DNA of 64,000 nucleotides from an uncultured Candidatus Saccharibacteria bacterium (GTDB lineage: Bacteria > Patescibacteriota > Saccharimonadia > Saccharimonadales > Saccharimonadaceae): positions 6,316 to 70,315 of the forward strand of contig CAYNWV010000002.1 of NCBI GenBank assembly GCA_964401035.1, written 5' to 3'. Below are positions 1 to 9,687 of the stretch, one piece after another. The notes beneath the pieces are model-generated. The model saw nothing but the letters and a program-made list of their open reading frames with translations. It ran no database searches and was not told the DNA's origin. Each line of letters begins with the position of its first letter. The first letter of the stretch is position 1. The position numbers and the translations under genes were made by a program.

Positions 1-255
1 AACCCCAATTTTCGTGTTTTTTGCGATCGTATGCCCAATCAGCGCTCGATGTGGATAGCTAAAATCAAACGCCCAGTCGCCGCCGTCAAGCCAGGATGTG
101 GCACCATCGACATAGACGCCGATATGATGCCGCAGAGAATTGTCAGCGGCATGATTTTCTAGCCCCACATAGGGATAGTAAAAATCGTGCACGAGTCCGT
201 AGTTGTTCAGACCGACATGCAGCTCGCCGTTGCTTAGCACGACAGGCCGCGACAT
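1..255 (-). CDS. glycoside hydrolase family 15-like (glucoamylase-type), N-terminal 85 codons only; gene continues past window start
   Basis: Minus-strand ATG at 255-253 shares one base with the TAA of the upstream GH57 gene (TAATG). Translation MSRPVVLSNGELHVGLNNYGLVHDFYYPYVGLENH resembles the N-terminal region of archaeal/bacterial GH15 enzymes. Frame stays open to position 1. Confidence 0.5.
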   Translation of the reverse strand, partial: MSRPVVLSNGELHVGLNNYGLVHDFYYPYVGLENHAADNSLRHHIGVYVDGATSWLDGGDWAFDFSYPHRALIGHTIAKNTKIGV

Positions 256-1475
256 TACAGCTCTCCGCGCGCCGGCGAGTCCATCACTCGATAGCGAACG
301 TCCCGCACCACGTTCATATAGTACAAGAAAGCGTCATAGGGAGATGTGTAAGGACTGAAGTAGGCATGGACATCGCCATCATTCGAGTACTTCGTACTCA
401 TATAGTACGGGTGATCCGATGTCGTCAAGCGTCGCCAATCGGAAATGAGTGTTGTATCACGAGTCCTCAGGACATCATCCTCGAGGTTGTACAAGTGCCG
501 CATAGCCTCTTGCTGCAGGGTGTTACCGACCCAAGCCGATAGGTCACGCTCGGCATCTGCCCATGTCACTGTGTCGGGCATCGAGACCGTGTCACTAGCG
601 TCAAAAGCATCAGCGGCTTCTGATATCGTGTAGAACGTGTTGTCAGAGTTTTGCGCCCAGTTGCCGATAAAGTTCTCGAAGAAGCCAAATATTCCGGTAT
701 CTTCCCAGACATTTTCGCCAAATGTTTCGTAGTCCATAAAGAGGTTTAAGACCTGGCCATCGGCCAAGGCATCGTTTGCCCAGGTTGTGTAGCGGTCGGC
801 CGTTAGTGGCCACTGGTTCCACTCGCGGTTGCCGAAACGAAAGGCGATATCGTCACTGAGTTTGTAGTTTTTGAGTAGTAGTTTAATGTTTCGAGTATCG
901 TGTGGCCGATACACATAGTTCGGGCTGCGCCAACCCAGAACCTTGTCCCAGCCTTCGGTGATAATAGCTTTGTAGCCTTTTTCATCTGCCCAAGCCGCCA
1001 ACCGATCATTATAGGAAAGTTCAGTGTTGCGAAAAGCCGTGGTCTCAACACCAAATAGCTCACGAATCTTCTGGCGGTGCATGTCAACCTGTCGTTCAAA
1101 CTCAGGTAGGCTGTAGAAAAACGCCAGGCTGTGATAGTACGTTTCGGTCACAATTTCGACGCGTCCAGTGGCAACCAGGCTTTTGAAATCTTCGAGAACG
1201 TCTGGCGCCCAGGCTTCGGCTTGCTCGATCCAGGTACCCGAAATACTGAGTGACAGTTTGAAGTCGGGGTGTGTTTCGAGCAATTTCCGCAGGAGTGCAT
1301 TCATCGGTCGGTAGGATTTCTCGGCAACTTTTTTCATGACAACTTCGTTGGCGGCGTAGTGATTTGAGCCTTCGCGGAAATAATCATGCTCAACTGCGGT
1401 TTCAAACACCGAGTAATCGCGCACGCGCCAAGGCTGATGAACATGCAAATAAAGCACTAGGCCGCGCTTACTCAT
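255..1475 (-). CDS. glycoside hydrolase family 57 (alpha-amylase/amylopullulanase-type)
   Basis: ORF 255..1517. Start moved to MSKRGLVLYLHVHQPWR (ATG at 1475), giving an ATGA overlap with the upstream gene. The HQPWR N-terminus and overall layout are typical of GH57. Confidence 0.8.
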   Translation of the reverse strand: MSKRGLVLYLHVHQPWRVRDYSVFETAVEHDYFREGSNHYAANEVVMKKVAEKSYRPMNALLRKLLETHPDFKLSLSISGTWIEQAEAWAPDVLEDFKSLVATGRVEIVTETYYHSLAFFYSLPEFERQVDMHRQKIRELFGVETTAFRNTELSYNDRLAAWADEKGYKAIITEGWDKVLGWRSPNYVYRPHDTRNIKLLLKNYKLSDDIAFRFGNREWNQWPLTADRYTTWANDALADGQVLNLFMDYETFGENVWEDTGIFGFFENFIGNWAQNSDNTFYTISEAADAFDASDTVSMPDTVTWADAERDLSAWVGNTLQQEAMRHLYNLEDDVLRTRDTTLISDWRRLTTSDHPYYMSTKYSNDGDVHAYFSPYTSPYDAFLYYMNVVRDVRYRVMDSPARGEL

Positions 1476-2701
1476 GCCGTAGCTCCTATCTTCATGCGAT
1501 TGTAGGCCGTCATGCACTGCCGAGCGACATCTGTCCAGGATAATTTTGCGTATTCCAGTTTGATATCATGTTTTAGCGTAGCTTTGAGTGCCGGAGAGGT
1601 TGCAATACCGACGAGCTGGTCAGCTAAGCGATCAGTGTCCCAGAAATCATAGCGAAAAATTGATTTGAGTGTTTCGGCCACGCCCGATTGATTCGTCAAA
1701 ATAAGCGCTGTATTATGGTGTGCCGCTTCGAGAGCGGTCAGTCCAAACGGCTCCGACACCGAACTCATCACAAACACATCGGCGACATTATAGGCGTCGC
1801 GCCATTGTTTACCGCGGACAAAGCCAGTAAAGAAGACCTTTTCCGAAATACCCAGGTCAGCAGCAAGTGATATTAATTCATCGCGCTGCTCACCGTCGCC
1901 CGCCAGCAGTAATGCCATGCGGTCATTTTTTGTGATAGCTTTGGCAAAGCCCTGGAGTAGCTGCACCAGGCCTTTTTGGACGGTAAAACGCGTGACAGCA
2001 GAGACGATCGTGTGACCTTCTTCGCGCAGCGCCTCTAGGTAGCGGTATGTTCGACGATCGTATTCGTAAGTACCCATAGAGGCCACGTCGATGGCGTTGT
2101 AGACCACCTCAACCTTGTCAGCCGGAATACCGTATTTGTGAACGATAATACTTTTAGTGATGTTACTGACCGCAAAGATACGATCGGCCATCATCAGGCC
2201 TTGATATTCGATCTCGTGAACGATTGGGTTGCCCGAACCAAAAGTGCCAGCGCGGTCAAATTCGGTAGCATGAACATGGACGATCAGTGGCGCGTCAGTT
2301 AGCTCCTTTGCCTTCATGCCGGCTTCCATCGTCAACCAGTCATGAGCGTGAATCGCATCTGGTGTCGGTAGTTTCTTGACGAGTCGCTCGACGTACTGGA
2401 TGTAGCGTTTTTGAACACCGCGCATGGTCTGCAGATCTTTGACATCGACTTTGTCCAGGTCGTGTTCTTTGACATATTTGCTGTCATAGGCGCCCATCAT
2501 GCCAAATTTATGAATCGGCTCTAGATTGGTAGCCGCATGAATCGTCATGTATTCGGTGCCAGGATGTTCAGCAGAGTAGGGAAGTACGAAATCAATTGAT
2601 GCGCCTTCGGCGGCTATGGCTTTGGACATATGGTAACAGGCCACGCCGAGACCGCCACTGTTGTGCGGAGGCAATTCCCACCCAAGCATCAATATCTTCA
2701 T
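1472..2701 (-). CDS. glycogen synthase-like GT-B glycosyltransferase (GT4/GT5)
   Basis: 409 aa. N-terminus MKILMLGWELPPHNSGGLGVA (KxGGL-like). C-terminal SEPFGLTALEA (E-x7-E region). Translationally coupled to the GH57 gene. Confidence 0.75.
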   Translation of the reverse strand: MKILMLGWELPPHNSGGLGVACYHMSKAIAAEGASIDFVLPYSAEHPGTEYMTIHAATNLEPIHKFGMMGAYDSKYVKEHDLDKVDVKDLQTMRGVQKRYIQYVERLVKKLPTPDAIHAHDWLTMEAGMKAKELTDAPLIVHVHATEFDRAGTFGSGNPIVHEIEYQGLMMADRIFAVSNITKSIIVHKYGIPADKVEVVYNAIDVASMGTYEYDRRTYRYLEALREEGHTIVSAVTRFTVQKGLVQLLQGFAKAITKNDRMALLLAGDGEQRDELISLAADLGISEKVFFTGFVRGKQWRDAYNVADVFVMSSVSEPFGLTALEAAHHNTALILTNQSGVAETLKSIFRYDFWDTDRLADQLVGIATSPALKATLKHDIKLEYAKLSWTDVARQCMTAYNRMKIGATA

Positions 2702-2845
2702 GTTGGCTCAACAAGACGCGTAGATCGCCTCAGATCCCCTCTTCTGTTATGGTGTTGTTTCTATTACAGTATAGCGCGCTGCTTATGGTTTTTACAACAC
2801 CAAAAACGGTTAAGTTTTTCACAGTTTTCAGTGTGACCTGTGGTT

Positions 2846-2879
2846 TGCTATAATATGGCGTGTTCACTTGCGGTATAAT
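2846..2879 (+). promoter_or_regulatory. candidate promoter(s) of tRNA-Trp
   Basis: TGcTATAAT at 2846-2854 and a second TATAAT at 2874-2879, 12 nt upstream of the tRNA 5' end. Confidence 0.4.
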
Positions 2880-2891
2880 ACCTATCTATAC

Positions 2892-2966
2892 AGGGGAGTA
2901 GCTCAACGGTAGAGTAGCGGTCTCCAAAACCGTTGGTTGCAGGTTCAAATCCTGTCTCCCCTGCCA
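2892..2966 (+). tRNA. trnW: tRNA-Trp (anticodon CCA), CCA end encoded
   Basis: Hand-folded cloverleaf. Acceptor AGGGGAG/CTCCCCT. Anticodon stem GCGGT/ACCGT with loop CTCCAAA. T-arm GCAGG-TTCAAAT-CCTGT. Discriminator G plus CCA. Confidence 0.9.
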
Positions 2967-3117
2967 CTAAAACACTCCCGGCCTCGCGTCGGGATGTTTT
3001 AATATAAAAGTTGAATCTGAACTTGCGCCGCGTTTTGTCAATGGCGCAGGGATCACACACATCCATCGAGCTATGGCAATTGTGTTGGCCGATCTTTTTT
3101 CGTAAGATAGGCTCAAT

Positions 3118-3834
3118 ATGTCAAATACCTATGGACTTGCATTTATCGATGATGAAACACTGCGTGTTGAAGTAAAGAAAGTGGTTGATAAAGCCATGGC
3201 AGCGGCAGTCGAGGGTGAAAAGAACCTCTATTCAAACGTCGTTGACCCTTTTTCGGCTGTCTTTGATGCCATGCGACAGGAAGTTAGTCTGTCAGACTGG
3301 ATTGAGCAAGAAAAAGCCCGTCAAGTCCAGAAAACGCTCCAAAACGCGATCGGCGATTTTCACCAAGCCATACTCGGAAAAATAGGGGACTGGGAAGACC
3401 TGCATGTTGGTGGGGTAGTGGATATCCGCAGCAAAAATAATCGAGTCATAGCAGAAGTAAAAAACAAGTTTAACACTACAAAAGGTAGTGACCAAAAAAC
3501 TATTTACGACAATCTGGAATCGAGACTAAATGGCGACTATAAGGGCTACACTGGCTACTACGTGGAAATTATCCCGAAGTCAAAGCACGCATATGACAAA
3601 CCCTTTACGCCATCAGACAATGTCGCAAAAAAACGACGTCCAAAAAATGATTATATTCGAAAAATCGACGGTCGATCATTTTATGCACTGGTGACAAACC
3701 AGGAAGACGCCCTCGATCAGCTCTATCAAGTCTTACCAACAGTCATTGCAGACGTGCTGGGCAATACGGCATCGATTGTGATAAATGACAGTTTGTACGA
3801 GAGCCTATTCAAAAAAGCCTATCCATTTTCATAA
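3118..3834 (+). CDS. type II restriction endonuclease, PD-(D/E)XK fold (possibly Eco47II/Sau96I-like family)
   Basis: 238 aa immediately upstream of an m5C methyltransferase. Candidate catalytic motif VVDIRSKNNRVIAEVKNK (D-x10-E-x-K). The family name is recollection only and not verified. Confidence 0.55.
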   Translation: MSNTYGLAFIDDETLRVEVKKVVDKAMAAAVEGEKNLYSNVVDPFSAVFDAMRQEVSLSDWIEQEKARQVQKTLQNAIGDFHQAILGKIGDWEDLHVGGVVDIRSKNNRVIAEVKNKFNTTKGSDQKTIYDNLESRLNGDYKGYTGYYVEIIPKSKHAYDKPFTPSDNVAKKRRPKNDYIRKIDGRSFYALVTNQEDALDQLYQVLPTVIADVLGNTASIVINDSLYESLFKKAYPFS

Positions 3835-3870
3835 GAACCCTTGCTATATGCAAGGGTTCTCCTATATACT
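3835..3870 (+). promoter_or_regulatory. perfect 10-bp inverted repeat plus -10 box in front of the methyltransferase gene
   Basis: GAACCCTTGC-TATAT-GCAAGGGTTC at 3835-3859, followed by TATACT at 3865-3870, 6 nt before ATG 3877. Could be an operator for the HTH of the methyltransferase or the terminator of the R gene. Confidence 0.45.
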
Positions 3871-3876
3871 CATAGC

Positions 3877-5154
3877 ATGAGCGAAATACTAACAATATCG
3901 CAAGCAGCCGACGAGATCGGCGTGTCAGTAGACACAATCCGTCGCTGGGAGAAAAAAGGTCTAATAAAAGGCGCACGATCAGACAAGAACTATCGTCTAT
4001 TTAATGTCGCGGAAGTACGCCGGATCCACGATAAGCTATCTGGGGTAACTGCATCAAATAACTATTGCATCCTGAAAGCACCTGACGTCACTGATCTTAC
4101 GTCTATTGACCTATTTGCGGGTGCTGGTGGTACCGCATTGGGTTTGGAGCACGCTGGCATCCGACACATCGCCTTGAATGAGTGGGACAAGTCGGCGGCC
4201 GCCACGCTGCGCCACAATCGGCCGGACTGGAACGTCATAGAAGGCGACATCGCCACTGTTGACTTTTCTGAATACGCAGGCAAGATCGATATCGTTGAAG
4301 GCGGCTTCCCGTGTCAAGCATTTAGCTACGCCGGCAAAAAAATGGGCTTTGAGGATGCGCGTGGAACATTGTTTTACGAGTTTGCTCGTGTCGTGAAACA
4401 AGTCCAGCCAAAAATCGCCATCGGTGAAAACGTCAAGGGTTTGCTGACGCACGACGATGGGCGAACGCTCCAAAGTATGGTTGGTATTTTGCAAGAACTT
4501 GGCTACAAAGTCGCTTATCGGCTGCTTCGTGCGCAGTACTTTGACGTACCGCAAAAACGTGAACGGCTGGTTATTATTGCCGTTCGAAACGATATTGATG
4601 CGCCAATTTTGTATCCAAGAGAACACGACTATACGATTTCGCTCCGTGAGGCGATAGGTGATCGGCCGCAATCTGCCGGACAGGAATATTCGGACTATAA
4701 AAAGTCGATTATGTCGCTGGTACCACCGGGCGGCTACTGGCGCGATCTGCCACTCGACAAGCAAAAAGAATACATGAAAACCAGCTTTTTCATGGGTGGC
4801 GGTAAAACCGGTATGGCCAGGCGACTGTCTTGGGACGAGCCAAGCCTGACGCTAACCTGTGGTCCGGCACAGAAACAAACCGAACGCTGCCACCCCGAAG
4901 AGACTCGACCTCTCAATGTTCGCGAATACGCGCGTATTCAGACCTTTCCAGACGACTGGCATTTTGTCGGCTCGACCGGTGCTCAGTACAAACAAATCGG
5001 CAACGCCGTGCCGGTCAACCTCGGCTATTACATGGGGATGGCGGCGCGTGCAATTCTCACTGGCAACTATAACCCCGATGAATTTGAAGTCGTTGCGCCG
5101 CGAGAAAAGATCGATACGGAACTCCCGGCTGCCAGGCAAATGAGCCTGCTGTAG
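3877..5154 (+). CDS. DNA (cytosine-5)-methyltransferase with N-terminal MerR/excisionase-type HTH
   Basis: Motifs DLFAGAGG (I), GFPCQAFS (IV), ENVKGL (VI), QKRERLVII (VIII), TFPDDW, GNAVPV (X). N-terminal ILTISQAADEIGVSVDTIRRWEKKGLI. ATG 3877 preferred over the TTG at 3841 in the ORF track. Confidence 0.9.
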   Translation: MSEILTISQAADEIGVSVDTIRRWEKKGLIKGARSDKNYRLFNVAEVRRIHDKLSGVTASNNYCILKAPDVTDLTSIDLFAGAGGTALGLEHAGIRHIALNEWDKSAAATLRHNRPDWNVIEGDIATVDFSEYAGKIDIVEGGFPCQAFSYAGKKMGFEDARGTLFYEFARVVKQVQPKIAIGENVKGLLTHDDGRTLQSMVGILQELGYKVAYRLLRAQYFDVPQKRERLVIIAVRNDIDAPILYPREHDYTISLREAIGDRPQSAGQEYSDYKKSIMSLVPPGGYWRDLPLDKQKEYMKTSFFMGGGKTGMARRLSWDEPSLTLTCGPAQKQTERCHPEETRPLNVREYARIQTFPDDWHFVGSTGAQYKQIGNAVPVNLGYYMGMAARAILTGNYNPDEFEVVAPREKIDTELPAARQMSLL

Positions 5155-5190
5155 CGACAGCGCTACATCCAAAGTGTTATCATAAAACTG

Positions 5191-6027
5191 ATGAAAAAGC
5201 ATAGCCTAACCCTTGCGACTAACCTCACTGTCCATTTTTGGGAATACCATCCTAATCAACCGCAAACTATCGTCTTTATTCACGGTTTTCGCGGCACTCA
5301 TCACGGGCTGGAACTTATCGCGCAGGCGCTGCCCGAATACCGCATCCTGATACCGGATCTGCCAGGTTTTGGCGAAAGCGACAAGCTACCTGACATGCAC
5401 ACACTCGAGAACTATGTGGCTTTTTTGCACACATTCATCCAGGAGGTTGTCGGTGATAGAGACGTCAATCTGCTCGGACATTCTTTTGGTAGTATCCTGG
5501 TGAGTCATTACGCGGCAACCTATCCCATGACACTTCACCGACTTATCCTGGTCAATCCAATCGGTGCACCGGCACTAAAAGGCGACCGCGCTATCATGAC
5601 ACAACTGGCAGTGTTTTATTACTGGTTAGGCAAGGTGTTACCGCATCCGCTCGACCGCACCTGGTTATCGAGCAAAGTCGTCACGATGATCATGAGCCGT
5701 GCCCTCGCAAAAACCAAAGACAAAGCGCTCCAGAAATTTATTGATACCCAACATCTGACGCATTTTAGTTCATTTGCGGACCCCAGGCAGCTCGCCGAAG
5801 CCTTCGATACATCGGTGCGCCACGATGTCAGTCAAGTCGCCGAGCGACTGACCGTACCAACCCTCATGATTGTCGGCGAAAAAGACGATATCACACCGCT
5901 CCGCAAAGAACATGAGCTCCACGGTCGGATCAAAAATTCAGCGATTGTCGTCATAAATAATGTCGGCCACCTCACGCATTACGAGACACCCCACGAAGTT
6001 GCTGACGCAATACGTGCGTTTCTCTAG
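5191..6027 (+). CDS. alpha/beta-fold hydrolase
   Basis: HGFRGTHHG oxyanion region, GHSFGS nucleophile elbow, C-terminal GHLTHYE. TGtTATCAT box lies 7 nt upstream of the ATG. Confidence 0.7.
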   Translation: MKKHSLTLATNLTVHFWEYHPNQPQTIVFIHGFRGTHHGLELIAQALPEYRILIPDLPGFGESDKLPDMHTLENYVAFLHTFIQEVVGDRDVNLLGHSFGSILVSHYAATYPMTLHRLILVNPIGAPALKGDRAIMTQLAVFYYWLGKVLPHPLDRTWLSSKVVTMIMSRALAKTKDKALQKFIDTQHLTHFSSFADPRQLAEAFDTSVRHDVSQVAERLTVPTLMIVGEKDDITPLRKEHELHGRIKNSAIVVINNVGHLTHYETPHEVADAIRAFL

Positions 6028-6048
6028 CACTTCGCTATAATAAGTCGT

Positions 6049-6732
6049 ATGAAGTTTGTGAGGGAATCAAATGAAGTCGCTGTTACTACGATCAGCCAGC
6101 GCATGATCAGTCTCCTGACAGAGGGCAAAAAAGTTCTCTGGCTAACAAGCGGTGGCTCGATGATACCACTGCAGGTTGCTATGCTTGACCATATCAAAGA
6201 CAGCGTCCCACAGCTGCTAGATCATCTGTTGATTATGCCAGGTGATGAACGCTATGGCCCACCGGCACATGCAAATAGCAACCATTATCAACTTGTCGAA
6301 GCTGGTTTTGAACCCAGATCTGCTGTTTGGATCGACATACTGTCACCCGAGCTTGACCCCGAGCACACACGCGATCGCTATCAGGCTGACCTCACCGAGT
6401 GTATCGACGTTAGCGATATCGTCATCGCCACATTTGGTATCGGTACCGATGGCCACACGGCTGGCGTCTTGCCTGGTAGCCCAGCAGTCGTTGATACAGA
6501 ACTCGCCACCTATTACGAGGCCGATGACTTTCAGCGAATTACTCTGTCGCTGGATGCAATCGAGCAACATGTCGATGAGGCATATGTTGTTGCACGCGGT
6601 CAGAGCAAAACTGCGGCGCTCGAGCGCCTGATGGCTCACACAGAAGCAGCCGACACACTACCATCAGTTGTCTATACAAAAATACCGGTATGTGTCATTT
6701 TTAATGACAGTATTGAAAAGGAGGTGCTATGA
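6049..6732 (+). CDS. pgl: 6-phosphogluconolactonase
   Basis: LTSGGS, PGDERY and GIGTDGHTAGVLPGSP motifs of the 6PGL/NagB family. First gene of an overlapping pgl-gnd-zwf operon. Confidence 0.75.
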   Translation: MKFVRESNEVAVTTISQRMISLLTEGKKVLWLTSGGSMIPLQVAMLDHIKDSVPQLLDHLLIMPGDERYGPPAHANSNHYQLVEAGFEPRSAVWIDILSPELDPEHTRDRYQADLTECIDVSDIVIATFGIGTDGHTAGVLPGSPAVVDTELATYYEADDFQRITLSLDAIEQHVDEAYVVARGQSKTAALERLMAHTEAADTLPSVVYTKIPVCVIFNDSIEKEVL

Positions 6733-7652
6733 AAGTAATTATCCACGGGCTCGGCCGCATGGGACTGCAGATCGCTCGCAAACTAGCCGAAGGTGGTCAT
6801 GAAATTATAGCCCTAAACCGCTCTCCCAAACCTGTCGCCGAGGCTGTGAGCTACGGCGCGACCGGCGCATCAACGATCGATGAAGCATTGACACATGTCG
6901 CATCTGACGAGACAGGCTACGTCTGGCTGATGCTACCGAGTGAAATCACTGCCGACATGATCCGCAAATGGCTCGACGTTTTGCCACCAGGCAGTGTTAT
7001 CATAAATGGCGCAAATGCCGACTACCGTGAGACTCGTGAGCTCAGCAAGGAAGTTGTCACTGCCGGTATGGCGCCACTCATTGATGTTGGCGTCAGTGGC
7101 GGTGTCTGGGGGTATGACAATGGCTTCCCACTTATGATCGGCTGCGATGACCGAGCTACTGTCGAAAAGCTATCTCCAGTTTTCGAAACGCTTACAGCAC
7201 CCGGAGGAGCTTACGCTTATTTCGGATCAAGCGGCGCCGGCAACTACGTCAAGATGGTGCACAACGCTATCGAATACGGCATGATGCAGTCACTCGGCGA
7301 AGGCTACCGACTACTTTTCGAAGGCGCCTACGACAACATCGATCTGGCAGCTGCCGGAAATGTCTGGCAACATCATAGCGTCATCACCAGCTGGCTCAAT
7401 GAACTCACACGCCAGGCTGTGTCAGAAAATCCCACTATGGATGGAGTGACCGGCTACGTCGCTGAAAGCGGCGAAGCCCGCTGGGCACTCGAGACGGCCG
7501 AATCGGCTGGGTATTCGCTGCCGTCTATCCAAGCCGCTTTTGATGTCCGTATTGCTTCACAACGCGGCGAAACAAATTTCGCCACCAAAATAGTGGCAGC
7601 GCAGCGCAATAAATTTGGCGGTCACAACTTGAATGGTGAGGGCAGGGCGTGA
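6729..7652 (+). CDS. gnd: 6-phosphogluconate dehydrogenase (decarboxylating), short form
   Basis: GLGRMG dinucleotide fold, DVGVSGGVWG, GAGNYVKMVHNAIEYG. 4-bp overlaps with both neighbours. Confidence 0.8.
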   Translation: MKVIIHGLGRMGLQIARKLAEGGHEIIALNRSPKPVAEAVSYGATGASTIDEALTHVASDETGYVWLMLPSEITADMIRKWLDVLPPGSVIINGANADYRETRELSKEVVTAGMAPLIDVGVSGGVWGYDNGFPLMIGCDDRATVEKLSPVFETLTAPGGAYAYFGSSGAGNYVKMVHNAIEYGMMQSLGEGYRLLFEGAYDNIDLAAAGNVWQHHSVITSWLNELTRQAVSENPTMDGVTGYVAESGEARWALETAESAGYSLPSIQAAFDVRIASQRGETNFATKIVAAQRNKFGGHNLNGEGRA

Positions 7653-9031
7653 ACGAGCCACTCAACCGGCCAATTATCTTCGTCATCTTCGGTATATCGG
7701 GAGATCTAGCGCATCGTAAGCTTCTACCAGCACTAGCGTCACTCCACGCCAATGGCCATTTACCAGAGCAGTTCCAAATCATTGGGGTCACCCGACAAGA
7801 CAATTACGCGATCGAGCATTTGGCCGATGATGTGACGCCGTTTTTGTCAGAAACCATGCGCAACGACGAGCACCTCGGCACGCTACTCGAACACGTCACA
7901 ATTGTGGCCAACCCTCAATCGTCGGTCGATGATTTTCGCAGACTTCGATCAGCCATTGAACCGATCGTCGCGGCATTTGGATCTGATACTTTGCGCCTGT
8001 ATTATCTGTCTATCCCAGCCCAAGCTTTTGTCCGCACCGTGCAGTTGCTCGGTGAGAGCGGCCACAATCAGCGCTTCGGTGACGAGCGGGAACTACCGCG
8101 CATCCTGGTTGAAAAACCATTTGGCTATGACAGTACTTCGGCACAGGAACTGATCGATGGTACAGCGCAGGTGTTCCGAGATTCGGAAGTTTACCGAATC
8201 GATCATTATCTGGCTAAAGAAACCGCCCAAAATATCCTGACATTTCGTTTTGATAACTCACTCTTCGACAATAGCTGGAACACCGAGCAGATTAGTCGTA
8301 TCAAGATCGTCGCGCATGAAACAATCGATATCGAAGGTCGGGCGCATTTTTACGAGCAGACTGGCGCTCTTCGCGATATTATTCAGAGCCATTTACTGCA
8401 GCTACTGGCACTTGTCATGATGGAGCAGCCAGCCTCACTCGATAGCGCAGCGATCCACGAGCAAAAACTGGCTTTTCTAAGGCAAGTTCGCAGTGCCAAT
8501 CCCGACCAGGCTATTCGCGGCCAATACAGTAGCTACCGTGAATCAACCGAAAACCCAACTTCTCTGACTGAGACCTTTGCTCGCCTCACTTTATCTGTCG
8601 ATAGCGACCTGTGGCGCGACACCGAAATCGTACTCCAAACTGGCAAAGGCCTTCATGAAAAGACAACGCATGTCGAAATCGAGTTTCGACCAGCTGACGA
8701 TACACAGACGCCAAATATCTTGTATTTCCGCCTCGCGCCGCGCGAAGGTGTTACCATCGGTCTACGCGCCAAGCGTCCCGGTCTGACACATGCTACCGAG
8801 CCTGTGGCTATGAGCTTCTACTATGATACGTCGTTTGAGGCCAATGTCTCCGAAGCCTACGAACGGGTGATTGTCGATGCCATGCGCGGCGACCAGTCGC
8901 TCTTCGCTTCAAGCCAAGAAGTTATGGAATCTTGGCGTATTATTCAGCCAGCTCTCGACCGATGGAGTACCGATGGCACAGATCTCATACCGTATGAGCT
9001 TGGTACTGATCCGACAACATTTTTGACCTAG
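7649..9031 (+). CDS. zwf: glucose-6-phosphate 1-dehydrogenase
   Basis: GISGDLAHRKLLPAL N-terminus and the RIDHYLAKE active-site signature. Confidence 0.9.
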   Translation: MNEPLNRPIIFVIFGISGDLAHRKLLPALASLHANGHLPEQFQIIGVTRQDNYAIEHLADDVTPFLSETMRNDEHLGTLLEHVTIVANPQSSVDDFRRLRSAIEPIVAAFGSDTLRLYYLSIPAQAFVRTVQLLGESGHNQRFGDERELPRILVEKPFGYDSTSAQELIDGTAQVFRDSEVYRIDHYLAKETAQNILTFRFDNSLFDNSWNTEQISRIKIVAHETIDIEGRAHFYEQTGALRDIIQSHLLQLLALVMMEQPASLDSAAIHEQKLAFLRQVRSANPDQAIRGQYSSYRESTENPTSLTETFARLTLSVDSDLWRDTEIVLQTGKGLHEKTTHVEIEFRPADDTQTPNILYFRLAPREGVTIGLRAKRPGLTHATEPVAMSFYYDTSFEANVSEAYERVIVDAMRGDQSLFASSQEVMESWRIIQPALDRWSTDGTDLIPYELGTDPTTFLT

Positions 9032-9099
9032 CGTAAAAGCAGAAGCGTGTTATAATACAAAATACACCCATTAGAAAAGATAAAAAGGGGATCTCTAGC

Positions 9100-9687
9100 A
9101 TGAAGTCGCCGAGACAATTAGCAATTTTAAGTGGCGTGGCCGTGGCGATTCTTGCGGCGACCAGCACGGGACTCTATGCCTATGCCCTCGAAGATACTGA
9201 GGTCAAAGAACCTGAGTCATCAAGGAGCCAGAAGCCAGAGACCGAAGCATCTCGCGATAAGGTGAAGAACGAGAAATCATCAAAGGCAGCAAAAGATACC
9301 AAAAAAGCCGACATCTGCAAAAAACGCCAGGACAACATCGCCCGACGACTAACGAGCCTAAACGAGCGAGCCGCGCGTCATTTTGAAGTCATAGAAAAAG
9401 TATATGCTAATCTATCGCGCTACAATGCGGAACATGGTATCACGCTCACCGCAGAGCAAACAACTGCTGTCACGACAGCCCACAGTACCGCTCAGAGTGC
9501 GATTGACCGGTTAAAAACCAACAGCAGTACCTTTAGCTGCGATTCTAACAATTTCGGCAGCACTGCTTCGAGTCTTCGCAGCGATATTCAAACAGTCAAC
9601 GAAGCACTCCACACCTACCGACAAGCTGTCAAGGACGCACTCAACCAGGCGAAGGTACAGGAGGCGAGCAATGACACGAACAACTAA
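9100..9687 (+). CDS. hypothetical secreted/membrane-anchored Lys/Glu-rich protein
   Basis: N-terminal hydrophobic segment LAILSGVAVAILAA. TGtTATAAT at 9047-9055 and AAAAGGGGA RBS upstream. Confidence 0.6.
   Translation: MKSPRQLAILSGVAVAILAATSTGLYAYALEDTEVKEPESSRSQKPETEASRDKVKNEKSSKAAKDTKKADICKKRQDNIARRLTSLNERAARHFEVIEKVYANLSRYNAEHGITLTAEQTTAVTTAHSTAQSAIDRLKTNSSTFSCDSNNFGSTASSLRSDIQTVNEALHTYRQAVKDALNQAKVQEASNDTNN

Noticed and set aside
96-542. Many ORFs in the supplied track lie antisense to, or out of frame within, well-supported genes. Examples: 96..542, 4111..4764, 19360..19875, 27192..27551, 29596..30303, 41613..42089, 44716..45585, 46306..46764 and 52064..53041.
   Set aside because: Each is fully embedded in a gene with strong motif evidence on the other strand or frame. 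Their translations are Arg/Ser/Cys-rich low-information sequences and they lack RBS or promoter signals. I treat them as shadow ORFs.
2848-3066. ORFs overlapping tRNA genes: 2848..3066 over tRNA-Trp, 16522..16734 over tRNA-Pro and its duplicate, 49803..50165 and 49944..50212 over tRNA-Gln.
   Set aside because: The sequence is explained by tRNA cloverleaves and their duplicated fragments. There are no translation signals.
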